From Folioceros fuciformis (Eukaryota): a stretch of 50,616 nucleotides of DNA. This document shows, piece by piece, positions 33,901-45,728 of this stretch. Numbering within the stretch: the stretch's first letter is position 1; each line of letters begins with the position of its first letter. The stretch covers positions 65,102 through 115,717 of the forward strand of contig JBNGIO010005794.1 of the NCBI GenBank assembly GCA_049999805.1. Direction: 5' to 3'. The translations under genes and the position numbers were made by a program. The notes beneath the pieces were generated by a model. The model searched no databases. It saw nothing but the letters and a program-made list of their open reading frames with translations, and was not told the DNA's origin.

Positions 33901-36900
33901 CGCCCACCTTCGAATGATCACGTACGGTCAATTCTGCTGCTTGCAATGGATTAATCCCAGCATCCGCGCACAGCTCGTGCTTACAAATCTCGTGCATGTA
34001 TGTACAGTACGCAGCCTGGCAGCGACAAGAAGATCCGGAACGCGTCAGGGAGCTAGGAATATTGATGCATGCAGCACAACAAGAGGAGGCAGGCAGACCT
34101 GTCGTCCTGCAAATTCCTCTCACGGAAATGGGATCAGGCCAAGGCCGGCTAGTCTGCTTCCCGGTGCCGATACAGGCATTGATCAAAAGTTAGCTCATGC
34201 ATGCTTTTATACTAGGGGCACGAACTCTTCCACACCATAACAGACAGATCCGCCGTCTTCACATTGAGAGGACCGTGGTCCAAGGTATGTGCGGTCCTCT
34301 CAGATGTCTGCAGAAAGGGCGGTCCTCTCAGATGTTGGCAGTATTTGCGGTACACCACTGCAGAAGCTGGGAGTACACGAAATTTATACGACTGTGCATG
34401 CTGCGTGCACCATTCCCATGAGTCACGAGCATGACTGTGTATCTCCAGTCCCTTCTTTTCATCTCTCCCTACATAGGTAGTTGAGAATTAATGTATCCCA
34501 TCTAGCACATGGTAGCTGATATATTGATGAGAGGAATACTCTGTTTTTGATCGATGCAGCAGATGGTGGCAAGCAGATGTCATTGAGATTGTTGAAGACA
34601 CAGTACTGTGTGTGAGAACTTTACTCAGTCTATTACGATTCTGGGATTCCGTTCAGGGAGGCCACGAGACTGGAGTAAGCACCGTCACAACAGCCGGCCG
34701 GCGAGAGTTGAACTGTAAACAGTGCAGATCACTGGTAGACTAATTCAGCGCAGTCGAGAGCGGCGTAAAAGGGCTGGCCGCCGTCTTTGACCCGCTTTAC
34801 TTTACTACGGCTGTCTATCTAGTTCAGGCCACGGAGAGGTCGCAGTCTTCAAATTTCAGCTACTCCTTGCTGACGATCTAAATCATGCGCCTGTCGAAGA
34901 TACTGATTGCATGGGCTATGAGCTGGCGCCATAACACCGTCAACAAGCATCGACAGATATCCATGGAACTCCATTGCAACCGACAACGGACGCGGATCCC
35001 GCTGGATCGTGTAAAAGTGTTCTATTAGTGAATAAATTTGGCCTTCACCACAGAAAGGTGATCACATCTGACGACGGAGGAATGCTACATCGGTCGGGGA
35101 CTCAGTCAACCTACCTCCGAGCGGTCCTCTCAGTACGCGGGAAGCAGTCCGGCACATTCAGCGCTAACGTGAGGGCCCGGCGTCTGCTACTTCGAATCAG
35201 ATACACAGAGATAACTGACACTGCCGGTGCCGCTGTTGGGAGCCCTACAGGCTAGGCAGAGATTATGGTAGCCCTATATTCGGGCTGGGAACAGAACCAG
35301 TCTGAGAGACCGTCCCTCTAGGCTTGCCGATCGGTGGTAGCGCGGCCTCTCCTCACAGATTAAGCGGCTGCAGGCGAGCCTGCATGGCCAGCATTAGTTC
35401 AGCGGCCGATTCATAAGAGCAGTTCTTCGCGATCGGGAGGCGCAGAGCTGAGGAATTCGAGGAAGCATGCGTATCCAGCAATGGGCCCAGCGACACGGAT
35501 CTACCGGGACCACTATGCTCGTAAAGTTCGTCTACTCTCGTGGAAATAAATCAGTTGTTGTTGTCGCTGTAGTTGTTGGCACCCCCTCGTCCACCTTTAC
35601 ACTCAGTCCAGTACAGTAGTAGCGTCGTCCATCGGGGCAATAATTGCGGTTAGCTATAAATAAGGTACAGTCTTCGCCGCCGCACAAACTGCAGGAAGGA
35701 AACACTGCAGATTGCTGGGAGAACTAGCTACAGATGCTGATCTCCAGTTGTTCTTGGTACACCTGGTGTACAGTAAAATCGTAGAAAGCAGCATACTGTA
35801 AGAGGCAGCTGAGCAGGAAGCTTTTCCCTGCCTCCCTTAACGGTACCCGTGTGGGCCGATCAACATCCTCTTCTTGTGCTGCATCGATCGCCAGCTAGTT
35901 CTGGTTCTGATCCAGTAGTGCCAGGCTGCATCTGTATGCACGCGCATTTTGGGTACGGCCAGGGCTGCAGTTCAGCATTTGATGGATTGCTATACAGCGT
36001 CATTCGAAGGCACTGGCGACGGCGCGATCCACTGCCCCTCCGGATCCGTTCGACATGAAGCTGGGACGCAAACGCGAAGCTGTTATATCCCAGCTCTCCC
36101 CCTCTAATGAACCTGCCTGTAGAATCGTGAACAGAGATATAGCTTCATCACTTACTTAGGCCGCCTATCGATGAAGCTCAACCGTTGTCTGCATGGTTCC
36201 GCAGTGCCCAGGTGTAAAACATGATACATCTGTATGTAGATCATGAATTTCCTTCCAGGTGAGTCGGCGACTTCGCTTGGCAATGCACGCATCTTTCTGT
36301 ACATGAAGCAAGTCATGACTCGGCTCCGGTACAAAGAATCTAAAAGGAGCAGACACTCACCTCAACCTTTCCTGTATGTGACAGGCTGCTCTTGTGGCAT
36401 TCCTTGCAGCCTCTTTATGTAATCGTGATCAAGAGTACAGATTTGCATCCCACAAATGAGAACGATGGATTTTAGTACCTGCGCACTGTCGAGAATTGTC
36501 TCTTCCTTCCCTCGTGGAAGATATCTTTCAACCGCATTCCAGAGACGTCGATGACGGTAATGCGATTCGTCCAAGTGTTCTACAACCAGAGAGACCTCCA
36601 CATGTGTTGGTGCTCAATCCGCGTATGTCAGCCGCCTCTTTCACACTCGGTGCTGTTGCCACAAATTTGAGTTCCGTGTCCTTGGCAAGGAGACGTTTAC
36701 AGAACAGGAAGTTATTATTATTATTATTATTAAAATCAAAGATTATTGTATCTTCACATGACGATATACATTTTTAAAGTATATGAATCTACATAAGTTT
36801 ATGCCAATGAAAGAGAAATTCTTAGCTTTAGATAAGAACACGGATGCTCCAGTCCATGTTAGAAGATTACGCAGACATAAGACATGAGGTCTGAGGCCGG

Positions 36901-37194
36901 ACTAATGCGTTGGTAGGCCAAAGTACATCCCTCGGCCGGAGTCTTGCGACAGATTTCTCAGGCCCCTTGTACGTACCGGGTTTTGCACGAATGACCAAAT
37001 TCTCCGCCTTGTACTCAGCGTAGATGTATATCGACATTGTGGAGACTCGGCGCCTTAGGTTTTTCAGAGGGAAAGTTCGAACCAGCTATGGCCGACATGC
37101 AGTATGGGAGAAATTATGTGCAAGTAGTACCGGATTCGAGAGTTCAAAGCTTCAGCATCGAGGGTCCTTCAAAGCACCAGTGGCGGCTGCTGCC

Positions 37195-39018
37195 TCACTC
37201 ATCCCAAGTTCGGGATTGAAGAAGGGCACGGCAGAATTTCACATGCAATTGGTGACTAGCCTGCGAAACGTCAACAACGGCATGGTTAATCGATCAGTTT
37301 CCCGTGGAAGACCAGCACACCACGATCGCTCCAGACATGTTCACCTTGAATGCGACAATGTGCCCAACGGGAAGCCCCGGATGCCCGTCTTCGCCGCACA
37401 GAGCAAGGTCCCCAATCAAGTCCAGGAGCTTGTGTCTGCATGGCTCTTCTGGGAATCGAAGAGGGGGGTTTAACCACCCACCTTCCATGCTGCAACGACA
37501 AAGGAAGCCAGTCAACCACTCAGCTCCCAGGGCATTGCTTGGCGTCTCAAACCAAAGCAAAGCTTGGAACAGACTAAAGAAAGGGAAAGGGGAAAAACAA
37601 AAGCAACAGAAGAAGACCTGCACACCAGTGCATTATCCAGTGAGCCACCCTTGATAAGCCCGGATGCCCGAAGATGTTCAATCTGCATAAAATGTAAAGG
37701 CCCAGCCAGATTGGAGCCATTTATGAAGGCTGCATTTTGTACAGGCCCCGAGTAAGCAAATCACTTTATGCATGCCAGTGGGATGGATGTTCGCACAGTT
37801 GCATGATACACACCCCTGTGTCACATCCACACATTCACACACAAGATGTAAGGAGAAGACCTGCTCATAGATGCCAAATGTTCGTGCAGGAGCAACCTCC
37901 AGCTGGTAGCCTTCAGGGTGGTCAGTCGGACACCATGTAAACCACTGCTTGCCAACTGCTTTCAGCTGAACATCGCAAGACAGGGAAGGAGTAGACATGT
38001 CAGCAGCAACAGCAGCACAGCACAAACTGGCGTGTTTGCTTTCCTACAGCTACCTGTGAGAAGTCAATGCCATATGTCAAACGCGTGGACGGTGCAGGAT
38101 AAGCAGCAACGAAAGAATCTCCGTCCTGGACAACGAAAGGCTTCTGCACCACAAGAGCCTTCCTCTTCACGGGAGAAGATGAGCTGTCCTGAGCCGTGTA
38201 GAGGCCAGCTTCGTTGATTGCCCCTACCCAGTCCTTGGCAGACCCATCCAACAGAGGGACCTGTCACCGCCACGTGCCATACCATAACATGACCGCAGGT
38301 CAGACACCCCACAGCCTCACATACATCCATTCATGCATCCCTGTTGCACAACACAAGAAAGAGACCTCAAGGTAGCTATCTCACCTCATTACCACCTTCA
38401 ATCTCAATCCTGCAATTGTCCACACCCATGCCTTCCAAAGCTGACAGCAGATGTTCCACAGTCCGCACTTTGGCATTCCCTTTGCCTAAGCTTGTGCTCA
38501 GCTGGGTCTCCCTCACATACTCCACGGACGCAGGCAGCCTGATATCCTCCTTCCCTTCTGCCTTCCCGTGACCCATAGGAACGAAGTACTTGCCCTCTCC
38601 CGCAGCAGCGGGCAGCAGCCTAACCAGCGCCATCCCCCCAGAGTGAAGTCCTACGCCTGATCTCGTCACCAGCTTTGAGAGCGTATGCTGCACCTCCATG
38701 GTCTGCAAAGCTGTCCCCTGCTTCAGCCACAATGGTGACAAACCCAGCAAAAGAAGACAAGGTGGGCTGGCAACAAACGGGAAATGAGAGTACCTCTACT
38801 CTCGCCGAGAAGTCCGCCGAGCTCGCAGCTTGCCCCATAGCCGCAGACTGCAGGGCCCTACACAACCCAATCAGCTTCTTACGCTGCATGAAACAAGGAG
38901 ACCCCACGACCCCCAGCAAGCCAAAAGAGCCAGCCCTGCCGGGATGCAACTGATGACTGATAGTACCACCCTTGGAGGGAGTGGGAGTATGCGTGACCAG
39001 GCCGGTGATACAAGTCAT
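37195..39018 (-). CDS. LpxC: UDP-3-O-acyl-N-acetylglucosamine deacetylase with putative organellar transit peptide, multi-exon
   Basis: [67 protein letters not shown], last exon [17 protein letters not shown] (stop 37195-37197). Start at ATG 39018 is inferred. Confidence 0.93.
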
Positions 39019-39390
39019 GGCCACAGGCAATGGCTCCGGCTGGTCCTGCACTGCTTGCAATCGGCCTTGAGCTTGCCTCTCTTAAGCCCACTCCTCAAAG
39101 CACCCTCTACAGAAAGAGCTGAAGGATCCGGGGCAAAATTGCTGCTAACGGCCAACATCTGGCAGACTCGCGCAAGTGAAAGAACTCGGTGAGCTCGGCC
39201 CAAAATAGGAGGAAGCAGGGAAGCCGTGGATGACAAATGTGGAACGTGAAATGACTGCGATCACGGATACGAACCGGAATCCTCCCATGTATTTATATTT
39301 GCATGGTCTCGTGTGTCTATTGTTCGCAAACTTTCACGGCAGCCTTGAAATTCATCCTTGGCGAGAGTTGAAATCTCTGGGCCGTGTTGC

Positions 39391-39595
39391 GCTGGGCTGG
39401 GCTGGGCTGGGCTAGGCTGGACTGGACTGGACTGGACTGGACTGGACTGGACTGGACTGGACTNNNNNNNNNNNNNNNNNNNNNNNNNNNNNNNNNNNNN
39501 NNNNNNNNNNNNNNNNNNNNNNNNNNNNNNNNNNNNNNNNNNNNNNNNNNNNNNNNNNNNNNNGGACTGGACTGGACTGGGCTGGGCTGGCCTAG
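39391..39595. repeat. (CTGGG)n/(CTGGA)n pentanucleotide microsatellite spanning a 100-N assembly gap
   Basis: Direct reading of the repeats; Ns at 39464-39563. Confidence 0.95.
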
Positions 39596-39699
39596 GCCTG
39601 GCCTGGAGAGGCGGAATTGTTCAAGGGAGGAGGACAGAACTGAGCCAGGTGGGAATTGGCTTGCCTGTGGACATCCTGGTGGAGAGGAAGAGCAAGAAG

Positions 39700-42600
39700 A
39701 TGGCAAACGCATACGGAGCGGATGCTGTCGCCCAGGCGGTGATGATGCTGCTTGATCACCGCTCGTCTCAGCAGGCTCGCCAGTCTGCTTCAGACTTCCT
39801 GAAATCGGTGAGAGCGAGACTCCTGCGTCTCATTTGGGTGCACAGCTGTTTCGAATTTTGACGAGCAAGCCCCTACGTGTTTCAGCTGGAAACTGCTGAG
39901 GTGCATCTTGTTGCATCCACCGCGTTCGCTCTGACCAGAAGTTGCCAAGCCTTAGAAATCCGGCACCAGGGTTTCAAAATGCTCCAGGTGCGAACGGACG
40001 TAGTGCGTACGTTCGTTGCATGGGTGTGTTGAATTGTAGTATGCCAATTACAGCTCATTGATTGATTGACTGTTGTGTTACGTCACGACAGCACCTGGTT
40101 CGATGCCGTTGGGAGCAGCTGAGCATGCCGGAGAGGATGCAGTTGGGTGCAGCTGTGCTTGAAATGATGGAAGAAATGGCGAAGCCTGGGGAGCTGTGGA
40201 ATTTCAAGAGTCAATATGCTTCACTTGTTGCTGAGGTGTGCCTTCGTTCGTGGACATCCGTATTAGTCCTAACTAAGTAAAGGACCCTTGCATGTCGTTT
40301 GCGGGTTATGTTCTGCATCCGCACACAGGGTGGACTCTTGGATGGTGTGTCTGATCCTTCGCTTCTTCGTGACGGTGCCTGAAGGTGGCCAGAAAGGAGG
40401 GTACAGATATTTGGAGGAATATGTTCACGACTCTTCATTCCCTGAGCACCAGAGGTCCGGTGCATGTGAGTGGACAACACCACTCCTCTCTTTCATTGAA
40501 CTAGTGGTGAGACACCTCTCCCTCCTTCGGAAATACATGCCACTTATTTCGAAGTGTCACTGTCAATGCAGGCAGAGCTGGTTGCCCTGGTGTTGCGCTG
40601 GTTTCCGGAGGAGGTCGCTTATTTTAATGAGGAGTTGGACGGTCAGTTTGTTCTTTGATCTACGGCTTGGCGACGCACTTCTTGGTGTACAGATAGCAGG
40701 CAAAATATTTGTCTCCTGTGTAACACGAATAACTTCTCCTTGTCATGTATTTTTCAGGAATCCGTCGCAGACTCTTAATCAAGGGTCTTTCTTATAGTCT
40801 ACCTGAAACATTGGCCTTGTTGTATAAGGTGAGATAGGGTCTTCTATGTCGAATAAGAAGTATGGGCTTTTCTGCGGTGCTAAGTGGTTGCACCCGTCTC
40901 ACAGGTTCTCGAGCAGGAATGCAGGGCTGCCATGGCTTTAGTGCAGCAAAATGAGTTGGAATTAGCCAAGCAACATGGTGCTGCTGTCACAGCTTGTCTT
41001 CAAGCTGCCAAATGTTATGCTGAGTGGGCCCCCATGGAAGACTTGGCTAAGTCTGGCCTCATTGAAGCGTGAGTCCTTTTTTTGCATCAATCTTTGCTTT
41101 TTTGTCCGTAGGCTTTCTCATGTTTCTCGATTGGTCCTCACATCATTGCCATACACAACTACTTTCATGAGACCTGATCAGGAAAGTTGGTTCTGCTCAG
41201 GTGTGGGTATCTGCTTGCTGCTGCGGAGTTTTGTGTCCCTGCTTGTGAATTTATGAAGCACCTGTCATCAAGGTATGTATGCATGGAGATACGACCGAAG
41301 CACTTGTGTTGTCCAGACCTGTCTGGAATTTGAACTCAGTAGGTCCATAACCAGTGGTCATGCTTTGTGTAGCACATCAGTTCCTTGAATGGATCTTTCA
41401 CTATAATCCTTCATTAATGTAAGCTGTTGTATTGTGTACAGACGAAGGCTAGGTGATACAGGTTCTAATATTGACTCAGCCATGATTCAAGTGTTTGATG
41501 CTCTGGCCAAGGCAGCTGGGAGCGTGCTTGGCAATGTCAGTGAGATTGGGGGCAGCCAAGAAGGTAGCTCACAGAGCGAGCCAGAATACATAGATTGCCT
41601 ATGCGAAACGATGGCTGCCTTTGGTACACACCACCTTGTTTGTTTGAAGGGCAAAGACCTGAAAATCTCTACCTATTTGACCCAGGTGAGTGTCCTGAAG
41701 TTGTTGTTGACTTCATTTCTCAGCAAACAATGTATAACAGGTTTCAGTGAGTATTGAATATAACTGTACTTTTTTAATTGATGGTGGGTCTCCAATTTAT
41801 GTAGATGCTAGCCTTCATGCAACATCGCAAGTTCTCGGTTCACGCACACGCTCTACCTTTGTGGCTAGTATGTAGTGTCCACCATTGTTTCCCTTTTCTT
41901 CCTCGCAGGGTCTGTATTTTGCGAGTATCCTCTCCTTTAACATGAGTGTTCTTGCAGATGTTGTTACGTGACACTGGTGCTGGAGAGGGCAAAGATGCTA
42001 AGGCTTCTTTTGTGGGTATCTCTGAAGAATACTATGCTGTGCTGTTGGAGATAAGCTTCCAAAGGCTGTCAAAGACAAATGCTGACAGAACTAGCACAGG
42101 CAGTCTTGGTGAAGAGGTTTCACCTGAGCTATTTGCTAACCGAAATGACTATGGTCAATACCGCAGCCAACTGGTACAATGATGATGCTGCACTTGTTTT
42201 GTGTATACAGCTCACAGTCCCTTTTGGTTATCCTTGGCGTGATTGTCCGGAGCCTGTTTTCAGGTTCTTCTTGTCCGCCTTGTATCAAGTCGGTCCCCTC
42301 TTCTATCAGCCATGAAAACGGCTCAATGTGTATATAAAGTTGTAGATCACTTCTCATTGACCAGCTGGTCTGACAAGGTATGTCATGAATGAAGTGGGTA
42401 TCCATGAAGAGTTGCTTTGACCTGTGAATTGGAGTCGACATGCTGAGAGATTTTGCTGCACAGGGGTTTGCTACTATAAATGGTGTAAATAGCTTTTGGT
42501 ACTTACGCTCCGTAACCTTGTTGGCCCCGTCAGAGCTTCCATCTTTCCGGTGGATGTTAATTGTGCCTTTTGTCCTCTGCTGCCTCTTAGGATTTGGCAG

Positions 42601-45600
42601 TGCTAGAAGGTGCACAAGTGATGCTTGAAACGGTTGTCTGTTCGATTCCTGAGCCACCTACGAAATTGGCAACATCTACACTCCATGCTGATACTGGAAA
42701 GATCTTGGAAGGTCAGAAAACATTTACCACTGTGTGACCTTATTTGAAAAGCTCATGTTGGGTATAACAACAATGTCCTTGAGTATGTGCTTCCAGATTT
42801 GCTCCGAAAGCTTTTGTGCATGCGCCCAGCAGATCCACCTCTTTTGGAAATGTATGGACGTTACTTTGCAGCGATGGGGCCCTACTTGAAATACTCTCCA
42901 AACTCTACATCATCGGTTATTCAAAAGTTGTTTGAAGTGCTGATGTTAATTAGCAGTACTGTAAGTTTCGTTTGGCTTGCTTGCAGGCCTGATAAATTTA
43001 TGTTCTACGTTCTTGCATTCAAGGCTGTTCAGCACCTGGTGCCGGATGGTTGCTAACCTGTTTCATTTCAGGAGGCAGCAATGGCACGACAATACTCCCG
43101 TGTTCGCATCCGAGTCTGCACGTCCATACTTCGGTTCGCAAAGTCAGCAGGATCTGCTCTTCTGCCTCACGTGCAGGTCTTAGGACTATTGTCACCTGCT
43201 GTGGCACGTTTGCTCATGGACGTGATTCTTGGGCTTATTTTGGCTTGTTCCGTGGTCTCTTTTCATGTCCATCTGACCTTTGGAGGGGAGACTAAGTTGT
43301 ATTGCAATGCAACACAGGAGTGACTAGGAGTGACTAGGAGTGACTGCAGATTGTGACTTTATTGTGGACTTGTGCAGGCATTTGCGGGGACGATGACTAG
43401 CTTAAGACAACAGGGACTTATTAGTCGGGGCGAGCTGAACCTTCTAGGAGAAGCACTGCTTTGTGCTGGTCTCACAGCTGGGTAAATTTGTCTGACAAAA
43501 GATCTGTCTGGCACCATACGGGACCCTGTATGAGATTGATGACCATCTTTTGATGATTGACAGAATGCAAGAAGAACAGCAGGTTTTTGAATGGTTACTT
43601 GGCCCATTAAGAGAGACTTGGGTGCAACAAGAATGGCAAGAGCGTTATCTGTCCAGTCCAGCGTCCCTAGTGGAGTTGCTTTTGCAAAACGACAGGAATA
43701 AAAGTGAAGGGGAGCTTTGGTCCATCTTTCATTCCGTCAACTTCTTTGATAAAGCGTTGAGGCGCTGCACAAGCAGACGTCGAGGAGTGAAAGAGAATCT
43801 GGGAACGTCTATGTTACAGTGGATTCTGCCACCACTGCTTCAGGTAAGAGGCTGACCTGGAACAACAGATCCTCTGCTTGAAGTATTAGTACTTCGGTAT
43901 CTTCAATCGTACTGAGGTGTCGGCTATGCAGCTATTGCGTTGTGTACATGCTTTGTGGGCTCAAGACACAGACACACCGCCGTTTATCCACATTAGAGCT
44001 GCATTGGGAATGGGCGCAGCACAGCAAGCTACACTTCTGGGAGACCCTGCAGTTCAATCCTTGTCCACATCTGCATCGAGAGAAGTTGACAGCATGGAAA
44101 CCAGCAGCAGCAGCATGGAAAACAGCAGCAGCATGGAGGACACAGAAAACGAGATCAGAAACTGGTTGAGGGGTGTCCGCGAGAGTGGGTATGTCGCAAA
44201 ATGAAGCACTGGGATCGGCTGGAAGCCTAATTGACCTTTGATCTTTCCATGTAGAAGAGTTTGTTAAGGTCATAGACGTTCCCAGGAAAGCTCCTCTTCT
44301 TGGTTTTCTGTTTTTACTCTGTCCCTGGTTCTTTGGCAGGTACAACATTCTGTCGCGTGCAGCATCTCGCGTACCTATGGAATTCTTCGTTGACGCAGAT
44401 CAACGAGCTGCAGCTTTGTGTAGGGCTCTGACTGAGAACCTGGCGTATATGGAGTTCCACCATTTCCGGCAACTACTGCATACTGTCATAATTCCAATGG
44501 TTGTGGCATGTCCAAGTGCTGCATGGGACCCTTGGATGGTGACCCTTTTGCCTGCAGTCTTCTCATGCTGCCGTGCGCAGTTATCGAGGTCATGGCGGGG
44601 ATTTACTGAAACAGGGGTTATGAAAGTTCCTGGTAAATGGTTGGAAGTTGCGGCCTGTGATGGATCAGTGGACAATGCCGCGATGGAAGTGATTGCAGAG
44701 AAGATGTTGCGGGATCTGAGCAGGGAAGTTTGTGGGCTGCTAAGGGCGACAGGCATAGGGGAGCTACGTAGTCCGACAGAGGTCCCTCTTTCACCAGCAA
44801 AGGTGACAAAGGAGACTCTATTGCGGTGAGTTTGTGTGGTGTCGTTATATCGCCGTACTTTGTGTTGCTGGTATCTGGTTTGTAGCACTTTACTGGATGG
44901 GTGTTCGCCGGTGGTGGCAGCTGTATGTTGAAAAGTGGAGCAGCTGGTGCACATGATGCTCTATCCATAGGCGTGGAGGCCTTGACTTGGCCTGACCAGG
45001 ATTCGGTGAAGAGAGCGGCAGACTTCTGTTCGGAGGTTGCCCTTTCGGCAGGTATTGTGCATGGAGACTTGACAGCTATGGTGAGCGTAAACATGTTCGC
45101 CGCAGTCATTGAGAGTCTCAGCCGGGAGTCGAATGTAGCATTACATTCCAACCTTATCGGTGTAGTCAGGGATATTCTGGTCAACTATCCAAATGCAGAT
45201 TCAGGACCCTGGCAGGTAGGTACTTTCACTTCTTAAAGCGCCTGCCGTTTCTTTCCTCTGTTTTGCATTGGATACAAGGTTACGGTTGCTAAATTGACTT
45301 CTTTTCACAGATTCTTTCTACATTACCCGACTTCAAGCAGGAACGTATGGATTCGCTGAGACAGCAGCTGGCTAAAAGTCGCAGTGTGAAGGAGGACAAA
45401 ATATACATCAAGTCATTTCTAATGGCAGCGGGGGGGAGCTGCCTGAAGGCGCTACCTGTTGCTCGCAGGGGTTTAACTACAGTCTCGAATTTGTCAAGTA
45501 AGTGTGTGCGGAAGCTACATGCATGCAAACAGCACACACACCTGAGTTGTTTTCGACCGTCGTTAATGCTGTCTCCACCTTGGATGAAATCCAGGTTATC

Positions 45601-45668
45601 CAGCACATCGGGGCCTTCAGAATAAAACCGAGGAACCTGATGTCATCGGCCTTGCATCTTTCGCCTAG
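39700..45668 (+). CDS. HST: HASTY / exportin-5-like nuclear transport receptor, multi-exon
   Basis: MANAYGADAVAQAV..DHRSSQQARQSASDFL, EIRHQGFKMLQHLVR.RWEQL, WNFKSQYASLVAE, YAEWAP, FVSLL, LLPHVQ, EIRNWLRGVRESGY, MEFHHFRQLLH, EKMLRDLSREV. Last exon 45595-45668 reads ..EEPDVIGLASFA*, resembling the plant HASTY C-terminus. Confidence 0.85.
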
Positions 45669-45728
45669 TCGCCTTGCAAAACACTTGCAACCGTCTGTGT
45701 ATGGACTGGACTGAACCGGACTATCCCC

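Noticed and set aside
37195-39018. LpxC (lipid A enzyme) as recent bacterial HGT or contamination
   Set aside because: It has spliceosomal introns and an N-terminal extension. Nuclear-encoded organellar LpxC is established in land plants.
39358-39755. ORFs with LDWTG repeats
   Set aside because: Translation of the (CTGGA)n microsatellite across an N gap.
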